Both the position numbers and the translations under genes were made by a program. From the IMG/VR virus record IMGVR_UViG_3300031867_000024, positions 1 through 64,000 of that record: a DNA stretch of 64,000 bases. One strand, written 5' to 3'. Below are positions 9,958 through 19,708 of this stretch, piece by piece. The notes under the pieces were generated by a model. It was not told the origin of the DNA, made no database searches, and saw nothing but the letters and a program-made list of their open reading frames with translations. The stretch comes from a virus. Lineage: Duplodnaviria > Caudoviricetes. How positions within the stretch are numbered: position 1 is the stretch's first letter; each line of letters begins with the position of its first letter.

Positions 9958-10351
9958 AATTTAAGTAAAACAATATGTCACATTCACCGAAGAATACGTT
10001 CATGCCTGTGGCAGTCTCCACCTCCTCGTAGTTCTCACGCATGGCCTTCAGAGTCTCCTGCCAAGTGTCTCTCTCGAACTCTTTGAGATTGTTCTCCGTG
10101 AGGACACTGTTGGTCTCATCCCTGTAGTAGTAGTCGACATTGTATGGAAGAGCTCTTATGAACTCCTCCAGTGTCATGTCGCAGTGTTCCCAGTAGTTGC
10201 CGTTTGCTCTGACAAAGCAGTCGAACATCAGGTCAATGGCCCTATCGTCAAACATGTCGTCTGTCAGCTCCTTGACAAGTTCGTTCCACTGCCTTCTCTT
10301 CATCTCGCCTGGATCTATCTCCATTTGCGTCGTAGGAAGCTCTCTCTTCAT
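9950..10351 (-). CDS. hypothetical protein
   Basis: 133-aa acidic ORF. Confidence 0.6.
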   Translation of the reverse strand: MKRELPTTQMEIDPGEMKRRQWNELVKELTDDMFDDRAIDLMFDCFVRANGNYWEHCDMTLEEFIRALPYNVDYYYRDETNSVLTENNLKEFERDTWQETLKAMRENYEEVETATGMNVFFGECDILFYLNFA

Positions 10352-10352
10352 G

Positions 10353-10673
10353 TCAGTCGGTATAAGGTCTGTCTTTGTCCACGTCCCAGTCGCTCCCCTG
10401 CATGAGGGTCACAGGATCCATCTCAAGAGGCTTGCTCGTCTCGAAATCCACATCGTCTATCTCCTTCTGTATTTTCTCGTCAAGCTCGATGGTCTTGTTG
10501 AGATACCAGATGGCCTTCTCAAGGTCCTCTCTTGAGTTGATACTCTTCTTTCCGCAACGCCAGATGTATTTCATTGCGTTGCACTTGCAGAAGTCACGGA
10601 CGCTGTAGGGCCCGAAGGCCTCTACCATTGCGTCCAGACATCCAGTTCCGTTGTAGTAGCTCTTATTCTCCAT
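10353..10673 (-). CDS. DUF3310 family (T7 gp1.7/SaV-like, putative nucleotide kinase)
   Basis: CLDAM...FCKCNAMKYIWRCGKK...EDLEKAIWYL. Confidence 0.8.
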   Translation of the reverse strand: MENKSYYNGTGCLDAMVEAFGPYSVRDFCKCNAMKYIWRCGKKSINSREDLEKAIWYLNKTIELDEKIQKEIDDVDFETSKPLEMDPVTLMQGSDWDVDKDRPYTD

Positions 10674-10848
10674 GTCCTCTTCTTAATAGCATTTCCTCTC
10701 TTTCCGCCTCGAACCTCTCAGTCCAGAGGTATTCGTCGTAGTCAGCCTCGTCCTCCATCTCCTGAAGCTCCTCATCCGTGTAGTCGTCATCACTGCCTGA
10801 GCAGTACTCGTCTATCTGTCTTTCCAGATGCTTATCCCATTCTGTCAT
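10663..10848 (-). CDS. very acidic small protein
   Basis: 61 aa, D/E-rich. Confidence 0.5.
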   Translation of the reverse strand: MTEWDKHLERQIDEYCSGSDDDYTDEELQEMEDEADYDEYLWTERFEAEREEMLLRRGHGE

Positions 10849-10863
10849 GTCTTTATTGTTTTT

Positions 10864-11307
10864 TTAGTGTGAACACTCGTCTATCATCCTGCAAACATCC
10901 TTGTCTATCGGAAGTTCACATCTATATTCATCCATAAAGCCCCATGTCTGTCTCATGATATTCTTTCCAGTGAACAGTCGTATTGAAGGCCCTCCGAATG
11001 TTATAATGACTTCAGTATGCCCTCTCTTACATACTACATCAACCTGATTCTTGAACCACTCTTCCATTGCGTGATCCCTGTATGCTTCACGTACCTCATC
11101 CTCTACGTTTCTGCACGTATAATAGAATCTCGCATACTCATACTCTTTGTCATTCTCGCAGACCTTCTTCAGCTTTTCTGAATACAGTCCGAACTCCTTT
11201 AGAGTTTTCTCTATCAGGCTTCTTTTTGCCTCTGATATTGTCTCGTTAAGCATGGCTATTTGTTTGAATGTTTGATAATATACTTCCTTATGCTCCTGTG
11301 TATGCAC
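10864..11307 (-). CDS. hypothetical protein
   Basis: ITFGGPSIRL motif. Confidence 0.6.
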   Translation of the reverse strand: MHTQEHKEVYYQTFKQIAMLNETISEAKRSLIEKTLKEFGLYSEKLKKVCENDKEYEYARFYYTCRNVEDEVREAYRDHAMEEWFKNQVDVVCKRGHTEVIITFGGPSIRLFTGKNIMRQTWGFMDEYRCELPIDKDVCRMIDECSH

Positions 11308-11828
11308 TCCAGCTCGTATGCTGCGTCGTTCAAGATGCTCCCTATGTCGAACACCTGATCTGCCAGGTCGTCGTTGAACTTCCTTATGTCACCTGCGAAT
11401 GTCATAAGATGGTCTACGAACTGGCTCATCTTGTAGTCCATGTCCTCGAACTTCCTCGCCTCCGTGCTCAGCTCCTTGTCGGTGAGCATTGTGACATAAG
11501 GTAAGTTATGGTCGTCCACGTCGTCCGTGAATGTTATGTCTGGATTCACGTCGCTCCACTCAATTATCACGAGGTCCTGATAGTTCTCTATCTCGTAGTC
11601 ATTCCTTAGCCTCTTCCTGAGCTCAGTCATGGTCTCCTCGCATGGCACCACTTTCTTCTCGGCTGGAAGGTACTCGCACGGCATGCAGTCCTCCGTGAAC
11701 GTTATCATCATCATGTTGTTATCGAGCTTCAGTGCGTCACCGACATTGGGACACTGATACAGCTTCTCGCTCACCTTGACGGTGATGTCGAACTTCATAG
11801 TTCCTGTGCACTTGATGTTCTTCTTCAT
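11256..11828 (-). CDS. hypothetical protein
   Basis: 190-aa ORF. Confidence 0.6.
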   Translation of the reverse strand: MKKNIKCTGTMKFDITVKVSEKLYQCPNVGDALKLDNNMMMITFTEDCMPCEYLPAEKKVVPCEETMTELRKRLRNDYEIENYQDLVIIEWSDVNPDITFTDDVDDHNLPYVTMLTDKELSTEARKFEDMDYKMSQFVDHLMTFAGDIRKFNDDLADQVFDIGSILNDAAYELECIHRSIRKYIIKHSNK

Positions 11829-11887
11829 TGCTTAATGGTTTAATAAATGGTGGAGCGGGTCTCATTCCCACCCCACCTTGTTTGACA

Positions 11888-12931
11888 TTAGATTTCGTTA
11901 TACCCCATCGTCTTGATGTACTCTGGCATAGGAGTCTTTCCCTCTTCGAGCTGCCTGATTGCATTGTCAAGTCTCTGCGCCATGATGAATACGTTGTATT
12001 CCCCTTCGTCGTAGTGCTTCTGGACCTCCTCAAAGTTCTGACACCTCTCCCACACAAGAGGCTCGCCTGCCGTCTTGCTTAGCACGATAAACTTCAGCGG
12101 AAGCACGTCATAATCCTCATACTCCGTGCCTGCTATCACCCTCTTCATGACTTTCTCATAGAGAGTAGCCTGATAGTGGTAATTCCACTTCCAGTAGCTG
12201 TCAGGAAAGTTCCATGACTCGCATGCGGACGTCTTGATGTCATATATCTGTATCGTCCTCTGCTCGTTGTTAACAACGACAAGATCCATCATTGCCTTGA
12301 AGACTAGAGGATGCATCTCAGGGTCTCCCTGAAGCAGCTTGACCTTGAACTTTGGCTGCCACAGCTTTTCCTCGTCCACGAAAGGAGTCGTGGCACCGAT
12401 GATGTCACCGACATACGCATGCTCCCTCGCAGCCTTGACAAGCTCTGCCGCCTTGTCATACTGCTCCTGAGTCACTACCGTCTTTCCCTTGCTCTGCTTG
12501 ACTACGTTGTAGTAGTTGAAGGAGTCGTCGTATATGTGCTTGATACGGGTCTCTGGCTTGTACCTCGCCCAGTACGAGTAGTCGTCGAGGATTGCAAGCA
12601 GCTCCTTCTCCTTGTCTACGGAGTAGTCCACGTCCCTCTCTATCATAGTCTTCACTATGCCGTCAATCTTCGGGTCCACCTTGTTCAGGTCTGCCACTAC
12701 TGCAAACCTGCTCTCAAGGTTCTCCTCGTCAGTAAGCATGCAGTCCACGAGACTGCCGAACGTCAACGCCTCAGTCTTGGGTCTCGGCTCGAAGAGGGCT
12801 GCGATGTCCTTGTAGCCCTCCTGCTGGAACCTGCTGATAAGGGAATAAGAGTACTCCACATGGTTGATGTCGTCCTTGTAATACTCCTCGTCCGTGACAT
12901 TGAATGTCAGCTCTGCAAATTTCTTCTCCAT
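11888..12931 (-). CDS. PD-(D/E)XK exonuclease (RecE/Cas4-like recombination nuclease)
   Basis: SYSLI, FGSLVDC, KAMMDL...YDIKT, YHYQATLY. Confidence 0.8.
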   Translation of the reverse strand: MEKKFAELTFNVTDEEYYKDDINHVEYSYSLISRFQQEGYKDIAALFEPRPKTEALTFGSLVDCMLTDEENLESRFAVVADLNKVDPKIDGIVKTMIERDVDYSVDKEKELLAILDDYSYWARYKPETRIKHIYDDSFNYYNVVKQSKGKTVVTQEQYDKAAELVKAAREHAYVGDIIGATTPFVDEEKLWQPKFKVKLLQGDPEMHPLVFKAMMDLVVVNNEQRTIQIYDIKTSACESWNFPDSYWKWNYHYQATLYEKVMKRVIAGTEYEDYDVLPLKFIVLSKTAGEPLVWERCQNFEEVQKHYDEGEYNVFIMAQRLDNAIRQLEEGKTPMPEYIKTMGYNEI

Positions 12932-12966
12932 TGTCTTTCTGTTATTAAATTGTTAATGATTAGTTA

Positions 12967-13683
12967 TTAGTTCAATGAAAACACCCTGTCTTGCCATCCT
13001 GTTACCGTTATGGGCTTGAGTGCCGATACGATGTACTGGTTGTTCTTGTTGACTTGTGTAATCATGCTCAGCACCTTCTCGCTCGTGTCCATGTCGAGAT
13101 GATCGTCGAAGTTGTCAAGGAGAACGACTCCCTTGCTGTCACAGTCTCCGCTGTATGCTATCATGAACAGGCAGAACAGCTTGAGCTCTCCGCTCGACAT
13201 GTTACACAGCTTCATGTTACAGTCAAGGGATGGGGAGATTTTATTCAGTACATCAAGAGCACCTTCAAACCTTTCCATCTCGTCTCTAAGTATTCCATAG
13301 TCGTCTGTGAAGTTGTTGTAATATTGAGACGCTATTGTCTCGAACGATGCCTTGTATCTCTCCTTGAGACCCATGGCAGTGTTGTAGTCGTACTTGTCGT
13401 AGAACCTCACAAACACGTCATTTATGCGCTCTCCTACTGTTATTGGCTCGTCCTTCTTCTCGCAGAAGTACTCGAACTTCTGTCCTTCCGTCGTCTCTAT
13501 CGACAGGTAGGCTGGTTGGTACTTCGGGTCGTTCCTGTTGAGTAGGTCGTACAGTGACCTCAGGAGTATCGTCTTGCCACCTCCGTTATTTGCGGAGATG
13601 ATGTTCACGTTGTCGAACAGCTCAAGAACTCTCGTGTTCATTCCCATGTCCTTATTGAACTTCAGTGTCTTCAAGTATGCCAT
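12967..13683 (-). CDS. ABC/AAA_21-type ATPase with degenerate catalytic motifs
   Basis: Walker A ANNGGGKT, signature MSSGE, Walker B VVLLDN (N for E), H-loop His absent. Confidence 0.7.
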   Translation of the reverse strand: MAYLKTLKFNKDMGMNTRVLELFDNVNIISANNGGGKTILLRSLYDLLNRNDPKYQPAYLSIETTEGQKFEYFCEKKDEPITVGERINDVFVRFYDKYDYNTAMGLKERYKASFETIASQYYNNFTDDYGILRDEMERFEGALDVLNKISPSLDCNMKLCNMSSGELKLFCLFMIAYSGDCDSKGVVLLDNFDDHLDMDTSEKVLSMITQVNKNNQYIVSALKPITVTGWQDRVFSLN

Positions 13684-13695
13684 TGCCGTAATTGT

Positions 13696-13986
13696 TTAAT
13701 CGTTCATAATCTGCTCTATCGCCTTCAGTTTGGCCTCCTCTACCGTCTTGCTTACGCAGAGCTTTTCAAGATCCTTCTCGAACATGTCAAAGTCTTTCAG
13801 GAATACTATTGAGCCTACTCCCTTATGAAACTCCACACAGCGATACAGGATGCTCACATAATGTCTGTTTTCTCTTGCATCGTATTCTGTCTCTGCCTTG
13901 ATACGATTTACTTTGCACTTGATGACCTTGCCATCACGCACGATGAAGAACTCCTCGAACTGGTCTAACTTCGTCTCTATAATCAT
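13696..13986 (-). CDS. hypothetical protein, paralog of 13983-14270
   Basis: MIIETK...KTVEEAK pattern. Confidence 0.6.
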   Translation of the reverse strand: MIIETKLDQFEEFFIVRDGKVIKCKVNRIKAETEYDARENRHYVSILYRCVEFHKGVGSIVFLKDFDMFEKDLEKLCVSKTVEEAKLKAIEQIMND

Positions 13987-14270
13987 TTCTGTAATTGTTG
14001 ATTGTTAATGATTCTGTTGATTGTGTCAATCTTGGCCTCATCAATAGTCGGGAACCATCTCCATGAATTGCTTGGCAGACACTCCTCATTCACTACTGAA
14101 TCTATCATGCTGGAAAACACTCCACTTACTGGATGCCTGAATCTGTAGATTATTGTAGGATAGTCAGGATCGCCCTCAATCTTTATCTCAGTTATCACTC
14201 CCTCTCTCAATGTCGTTCCACAGACATTATAGAGCTTCTGTCCTAAGTTGAATTTCGTCTTAATCTCCAT
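13983..14270 (-). CDS. hypothetical protein
   Basis: MEIKTKFNLGQ...PTIDEAK. Confidence 0.6.
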   Translation of the reverse strand: MEIKTKFNLGQKLYNVCGTTLREGVITEIKIEGDPDYPTIIYRFRHPVSGVFSSMIDSVVNEECLPSNSWRWFPTIDEAKIDTINRIINNQQLQK

Positions 14271-14332
14271 TTTTGTAATTGTTAATTAAAGTTTGGTAGC
14301 GACACTGATGTCGCCACCAAACAGATTGTTGT

Positions 14333-15016
14333 CTACTCGTAATACTCGTTCATCTTGTCAACGACAAGCTGAAGGTCGTTAGGTATGAAGTCCTCCTCGA
14401 ACATGCCTTCTGGCGACTTGCATGGTATCTTTATGCCGTCACTGTTCATGTTAGCATGAGTGTAGAACCCATACTCTGGCTTCCCGTCATTGTCATACCT
14501 GATGTCAGACATGAGAGCCACTGAGACAAGCTCAACAGGATTGAACTTGTCGTCTATGAGCTTTCCGATGGTGGCAATCTTGTATGTCTCTATCATTGCC
14601 CCATTGAATACAGGCTCTATGTGAAGTATGAGGAACACGTTAATGTCACCACGCATCTTCTCGCAGGTAGCTATTATCTGCTGGAAATGAGCTGCGAGCT
14701 CCTTGTATATCTCATAGCCCTTCTCGTTTATCCTGTTGAAGAACTCCTTGCGCATGGTATACATACTGTCATCAAGTATTACATTCTTGACGTTCTGGAG
14801 CTTGTCGCTGATCCCCTTGAGATAGGATATGATGTCAGCGTACTTGTCGAGGAGGAAGAAGTTCTTCTTCTCTGCGTTATACATCTTCGCACTGCCCTTG
14901 AACGGGAGCCTCTTGTCGAGGACGCTGATGATTACAGTCTCGTCAGGATTGAGAGTCTTGATGGAGGTGGACTTTCCCGTTCCACTCTTGCCCATGATGA
15001 TTGCTACGTTTGCCAT
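14333..15016 (-). CDS. AAA_24 / Sak4-like P-loop ATPase (recombination)
   Basis: GKSGTGKST, VILDD, KSPEGMF..IPNDL. Confidence 0.85.
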   Translation of the reverse strand: MANVAIIMGKSGTGKSTSIKTLNPDETVIISVLDKRLPFKGSAKMYNAEKKNFFLLDKYADIISYLKGISDKLQNVKNVILDDSMYTMRKEFFNRINEKGYEIYKELAAHFQQIIATCEKMRGDINVFLILHIEPVFNGAMIETYKIATIGKLIDDKFNPVELVSVALMSDIRYDNDGKPEYGFYTHANMNSDGIKIPCKSPEGMFEEDFIPNDLQLVVDKMNEYYE

Positions 15017-15035
15017 TGTGTTAATTGTTTAATTG

Positions 15036-15659
15036 TTACTTCTTATAGAAATCTGGTTCCTCGTTAACCTTGCCAACGAGATGCTTAGTGTCGTCATTAT
15101 AAGGAATGCAGTATTTCACGCATCCTTCAAACAGATTGGCAGTTGCAAAGTAGTCTCCACTTATGTGTGAGAACAATGAGGTAGTCCATCTGCCATCAAT
15201 CACATCCCTCACAAGTATCCTGTCGAATGGCTTCAGCTGGGAGAAGTTGAACTTGTCCACCTTCTTCAGCTCTTCCTTGCCGTCTACTATGCACTCGGTA
15301 GCGCAACTTCCGTCGGTTGTAAGACGTTTGAGGAAGTACGTATCCTCGCTTATGTCGCTTACGACGTACTGCTCGCACTTGTACGACACATGGTTGCCCT
15401 GCCATATCTCAGTGCTGTGACGCTCTATGTAGTCGTCCCAGTCCCTGTTGCTCTCACTGGGATATAGCATGCGAACGCCACACGGACTCAGCTCGCCATA
15501 CATGTTGAATATCACCTCCTGCCCCATGCCGTCGATGGTTACTATTGTAAACTCCTCGGTGACACGCTGAAACTCCACGTCACCATGTGACAGCGTGTAG
15601 AACGTGTCACCCTGTTTTGCATACTTCTTGAGTATGTCTCCAATAATTGCTTTCTCCAT
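15036..15659 (-). CDS. hypothetical protein, paralog of 7591-8223
   Basis: Shared motifs. Confidence 0.75.
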   Translation of the reverse strand: MEKAIIGDILKKYAKQGDTFYTLSHGDVEFQRVTEEFTIVTIDGMGQEVIFNMYGELSPCGVRMLYPSESNRDWDDYIERHSTEIWQGNHVSYKCEQYVVSDISEDTYFLKRLTTDGSCATECIVDGKEELKKVDKFNFSQLKPFDRILVRDVIDGRWTTSLFSHISGDYFATANLFEGCVKYCIPYNDDTKHLVGKVNEEPDFYKK

Positions 15660-15661
15660 TG

Positions 15662-16261
15662 TTAATCAATCATTAAATAATCCTTAACTAATTGCTTATT
15701 CTCTGAAGCAAAGAGGTTCGCCTGCTCCTCAGTGTGAAATGCGAGGAAGTTGTATGTGTGCATGAAAGAGTTAAAGGTGATGTCATTGTATCTTCGTTGA
15801 ATAACATGCTTCCATGTGTCCGACTCCCATTCCTTATCGGTTACAACCCCACCAAACCTCTTGTCATGTGCCATTATCATGCTTATCTGAGCCATTGCTA
15901 ATGCGCTTTTGGCTTGCTCGTAAGTGTTAAAGACATACTTATAACCTGGTTTTGCAGCAGTTTCATCTATACTATCTAAATCAAGGTAAAACCCACTAAC
16001 CCTCTCGTCACTGTCTATCCATCGTTCAGGCTCTTCAATCTCTTCGACAATTACAATGTCGTCGTCTGTGTTGTCGATGTCATGATTGAACCTGCCATTG
16101 AGGTCGTAGGTGTCTACGTCACCATTATGACAGAATACAAAAGGGTACTCCTCATTAGAGCATTCCCCTACGAACTCCATCTCTTCGCCGAGATTGGTCT
16201 CAGCACGTGCGCCGTTCCTTATCGCCTCGATGTCAAACGGCTTCTTGATCTTCTTCTTCAT
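15662..16261 (-). CDS. hypothetical protein, 209-aa paralog family copy 3
   Basis: MKKKIKKPF...AKSALAMAQIS...LVKDYLMID. Confidence 0.75.
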   Translation of the reverse strand: MKKKIKKPFDIEAIRNGARAETNLGEEMEFVGECSNEEYPFVFCHNGDVDTYDLNGRFNHDIDNTDDDIVIVEEIEEPERWIDSDERVSGFYLDLDSIDETAAKPGYKYVFNTYEQAKSALAMAQISMIMAHDKRFGGVVTDKEWESDTWKHVIQRRYNDITFNSFMHTYNFLAFHTEEQANLFASENKQLVKDYLMID

Positions 16262-17036
16262 TGTGTAATTGTAATTGATGAATGAACTTGTCAATGAAAT
16301 ACTGCTGACCCTTAGGAGTCACCTTAGTGGTCAACGAGGTTACGGACTTCTCGTTCTCCGTGTGCATGCTCTCCTTCAGCTCGAACAGTCCCATCTCCAT
16401 GTACTGCTGCATAGGCTTGTTGTAGAAGCATCCTGTGTTGCCGAGATACTTGTTATCCCTTAGCCACTGGAACAGCTGCTTCTGACCTATCCTGTAGCCA
16501 TTCTGAGTTATCTGCTTTGCAAGGTCTGCCACGGATATTGAGTTCTCACTTCCAAGGATTGCATTTGCAAATGTCACCTTCGGCTTCTGCTCTTCTATGA
16601 GTAGTTTCTGCCTCTCGTTCTCCTCCACCTTGTCAGCAAGCTGTCTCAACGCCTCAGAGTATGTCTGAGGCATGTTGTACTGACTCTGTATCTCAGTCTT
16701 GCCTTCAGTTAGCAATTCCTTGATGCGGTCGTTACACCAGATATAGAAATCAGGGGATAGCCACTGGGCGAATACAAGTGCGACATCCTCATGAAGCCAC
16801 GTTCCCTGCTTATTAGAGTCGCCACCTTGCTTAACTATCACTAAATCAGCCGTTAGGATATTTCTCCTTACGGAAATCGCATTTATTATTCTCTGCGACT
16901 GCTCCGTTTTTAGCCAATCCTTGACTAACTTGCCGAATGGTCTCGCCATCTCAGTGGCATTTACCATCACTCCTCCATTGTCATCCCTTTTGCCAAAAGA
17001 GATCATGGAGCCTTCATAGTGCTTCTGTACTATCAT
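16233..17036 (-). CDS. KilA-N + ANT/KilAC phage antirepressor
   Basis: VMVNATEMARPFGK...GTWLHEDVALVFAQWLSP (KilA-N); KPKVTFA...VTPKGQQYF (ANT). Confidence 0.9.
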   Translation of the reverse strand: MIVQKHYEGSMISFGKRDDNGGVMVNATEMARPFGKLVKDWLKTEQSQRIINAISVRRNILTADLVIVKQGGDSNKQGTWLHEDVALVFAQWLSPDFYIWCNDRIKELLTEGKTEIQSQYNMPQTYSEALRQLADKVEENERQKLLIEEQKPKVTFANAILGSENSISVADLAKQITQNGYRIGQKQLFQWLRDNKYLGNTGCFYNKPMQQYMEMGLFELKESMHTENEKSVTSLTTKVTPKGQQYFIDKFIHQLQLHNEEEDQEAV

Positions 17037-17038
17037 GG

Positions 17039-17362
17039 TCAGAATGGTATGTTGAGTACGTGATACCCAAACTCCTCAGCCTCACGTGTCAGCGCATCCC
17101 TGATGTTCATCAGTCTCGCTATCTCCTCATTGATGTTCTTCACGATTTCGAGGAGACCATCGTGGTGCTTCTCGTTGAACACACACTCCTTGTTGTTGTT
17201 CGCCTCCTTCTTGCTCGTTTTCTTCAGGCTCGACTTGAGATTGTTAAGTAACTTCTCAAGTTCAGCAGTCTTGACGTTAGTGTAATGAAGACCTGTCTCC
17301 TTCTTGATGTAATCTGTCAGGTCTTTCACTCTGATTACGTCATAAAGTTCCTTCCTTGTCAT
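17039..17362 (-). CDS. hypothetical protein
   Basis: 107-aa ORF. Confidence 0.6.
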   Translation of the reverse strand: MTRKELYDVIRVKDLTDYIKKETGLHYTNVKTAELEKLLNNLKSSLKKTSKKEANNNKECVFNEKHHDGLLEIVKNINEEIARLMNIRDALTREAEEFGYHVLNIPF

Positions 17363-17931
17363 TTTCCTATACTGTTAATCTGTTTTTCCAATTCATTCTT
17401 TCTCTCAAGCAGCTGCTCGTATGTGTAGCTGCCATGACCCTTCCTCAGCTCCTCAAGGCACATGTTGATCCTTTCCTCTCTGAGGCTGTCAGGAACGAGG
17501 TCGTCGATCTTCTTTATGAGCTCGTTGTATCTCCACCTGTCATCAGTGCACGCCATATACAGCAGTATATGCTTTATCAGTCCTATCAGTGCCCCTCCGT
17601 TGTCAAACAGCTCGCCAAAGTAGTTGCCCTTGTTGTCGAGCACCGTCTCCTCCTTGTAGAGCACGTCCATAAGCCTCTCATTTGCCGTCCTTGCATTCTT
17701 CATGAGCTGAATGTACTGCTTGCCGTCCGTGGTGTAGGTAAGCAATGGCAGCGCACCCTCCTCAAGGTCGTCGAACAGCTGGACCATCATCATCCCACAC
17801 AGCTTCAGAATGTGCACCTTCACGTTCTGGTCTATGTTGAACTCTGGGTCTGTCACCATCTTCAGTGACTGAAGATGTCTCTTGGCCTCATTCGTTATGA
17901 GGTCACTTAGTGGTTCCTTCTTCTTCTTCAT
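17359..17931 (-). CDS. hypothetical protein
   Basis: 190-aa ORF. Confidence 0.6.
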   Translation of the reverse strand: MKKKKEPLSDLITNEAKRHLQSLKMVTDPEFNIDQNVKVHILKLCGMMMVQLFDDLEEGALPLLTYTTDGKQYIQLMKNARTANERLMDVLYKEETVLDNKGNYFGELFDNGGALIGLIKHILLYMACTDDRWRYNELIKKIDDLVPDSLREERINMCLEELRKGHGSYTYEQLLERKNELEKQINSIGK

Positions 17932-17934
17932 TTG

Positions 17935-18231
17935 TCAATACTTGAATCTTCTTATCTCTGTCTCAAGCTCCCTGGTCCTCGTCAGTCCCACGAGCTTCGT
18001 TGCGAACGTGTCGCCCCATGTGCCAATGTCATTCCTGTCGAATCCTTTTTTGAACACGAATGTCGTTGGCACGTCGAACGTATTCGCCAGCCTGCACAGC
18101 TCCCTGCTCTCGTCCTTGTCATCATCAAGGTCGAACACCACAAGGTCCACTGATGGTGGGTTCACCTTGTACTCGGCAAGCTGCTTCTGGCATGTCTTGC
18201 ACCATTGCGCCTTCAATAATACTGCCTTCAT
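17935..18231 (-). CDS. thioredoxin-like protein
   Basis: WCKTC and VPTT motifs. Confidence 0.7.
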   Translation of the reverse strand: MKAVLLKAQWCKTCQKQLAEYKVNPPSVDLVVFDLDDDKDESRELCRLANTFDVPTTFVFKKGFDRNDIGTWGDTFATKLVGLTRTRELETEIRRFKY

Positions 18232-18905
18232 GCGAATCGTTTTGAAAAGTCCTCAATCTTGTCGACGACATCCTGTGGCATCGTCATCTTGATCTTCTGA
18301 TACTCGAAGGAGTTCTCCCACTCGACCCTGCTCATGGTCTTGTCGGAGAATATCTCCTTCGTTATCTGCTCACCCTTTTCCTTGTCCTTCTGCTTCTGGT
18401 ACTCGGCAATTCTCTCCGTCCTCCAGTCGCAGTAGTTGTCAAGTCCCTGCGTCAGCACGACAATATCCACTGTTCCGTAGAACTTGCCGTGCTTGCCTGC
18501 CATGAACCTGTTGAAGTACAGCATGATGTCCGTGCACTTCAGATGGCCGTAGTTCGACAGTATGGTGTCCGCAGTCACCTCTATCTGCTCTGGCGTCATC
18601 TTCTTGCTCGTGTCGCTTCCAAGCACGTTCTTGTTCAGCTTGATGATTTGGAGCATCAGCCATGCCTTCGTCAGGCAGTCGCCGTATGCGTCGCTGATGA
18701 CATTCAGGGACGGTGCGTTGCCCACTATGCACCTCAGCTCGTACTTCCTCGCATACTCAGCCTGCATGTCAGGATTGAATTTGCAGAGGAACTGAACTGG
18801 CGTTAGCTCCCTCGACAGCGTAACCGCCGCTGGCAAGGATGGAGAGTGCCCTGTCGATGCAGGACTGCTCCCAATCGTCAATGCTCTGCTTCCCGTTATT
18901 TCCAT
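18228..18905 (-). CDS. putative replication-associated protein (DUF6633-like)
   Basis: FNPDMQ...APSL..I...YG...FMAGKHGKFYGTVD pattern of Bacteroidota phage proteins found next to initiators. Confidence 0.55.
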   Translation of the reverse strand: MEITGSRALTIGSSPASTGHSPSLPAAVTLSRELTPVQFLCKFNPDMQAEYARKYELRCIVGNAPSLNVISDAYGDCLTKAWLMLQIIKLNKNVLGSDTSKKMTPEQIEVTADTILSNYGHLKCTDIMLYFNRFMAGKHGKFYGTVDIVVLTQGLDNYCDWRTERIAEYQKQKDKEKGEQITKEIFSDKTMSRVEWENSFEYQKIKMTMPQDVVDKIEDFSKRFA

Positions 18906-19143
18906 ACACTACGTCCTTGAATGTCATCATGCCCACGTTCTTACCGAGCCAGTTCAGGAAATGCTTCGTCAGCTCCCCGACTCCCTCGTTCTTCCAGCAT
19001 CCGCTCGCCCTCAGCCACAGCTCGAACTCCCTCAACTTCCTCTTCACCTCCATGACATTGAGCTTGTATCTCATGCCTGCGAGGTCGTAGATGTACTGGT
19101 TGTCGAGACTCTGCAGCCCGAGAGTCAGCTCGTCCTCTGTCAT
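18769..19143 (-). CDS. putative replication-initiator C-terminal-like protein
   Basis: LREF...KHFLNWL motif; overlaps next gene. Confidence 0.45.
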   Translation of the reverse strand: MTEDELTLGLQSLDNQYIYDLAGMRYKLNVMEVKRKLREFELWLRASGCWKNEGVGELTKHFLNWLGKNVGMMTFKDVVYGNNGKQSIDDWEQSCIDRALSILASGGYAVEGANASSVPLQIQS

Positions 19144-19523
19144 ATCACGGCATCTATCTTCGTGGTCTCTATCTTCACCTTGATCATGTTGTACCCCTGA
19201 CTCAGGATCTCGTCAATCCTGCTATTTGCCTCGTCAAGGCTTGTCGCCTGAACAAGTATGGGGTACTTCACAATTTTCTTCTTGCCGTTCGACTCGTTAA
19301 TCTGAACGTCACCGACAGTGACCTTGTACCAGTGTCTCGGAGCGTCGTCGTTAGCATCCACGATATGATCCCTGAACACCTCCTTGACCTTCGACAGGTA
19401 CACTGCGAAAATCTCTCCCATTCCTGCGCTCATGGCGTTGTTTGATGCCTCTATGACATCTATTGCATTCTCTGCAACGAAGTGCATTCCAACCTCGTCG
19501 CACTTTCCTTTCACTTCGTACAT
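19140..19523 (-). CDS. DUF4494-like protein
   Basis: WYKVTV...NGKKK...ILVQATSLDEA...IETTKIDAV. Confidence 0.65.
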   Translation of the reverse strand: MYEVKGKCDEVGMHFVAENAIDVIEASNNAMSAGMGEIFAVYLSKVKEVFRDHIVDANDDAPRHWYKVTVGDVQINESNGKKKIVKYPILVQATSLDEANSRIDEILSQGYNMIKVKIETTKIDAVI

Positions 19524-19708
19524 TCCACCTGTGTTAATATGTTAAACAATTCATTCATCATTATGCCGTTGTACTCGGCAGCTACCTTGCCTTCACTGTT
19601 CACCACAATCAGCTTGTCGTCAAACCTCCTGTAGCTCGCCTTCCATCCGTTCTTGAACGAGAACTCGGCACCGTCGCTATTCCACGTTGTAGTCCACGTT
19701 TCCATATT
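19511..19708 (-). CDS. hypothetical protein
   Basis: METWTTTW... coupled ORF. Confidence 0.45.
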   Translation of the reverse strand, partial: NMETWTTTWNSDGAEFSFKNGWKASYRRFDDKLIVVNSEGKVAAEYNGIMMNELFNILTQVECTK

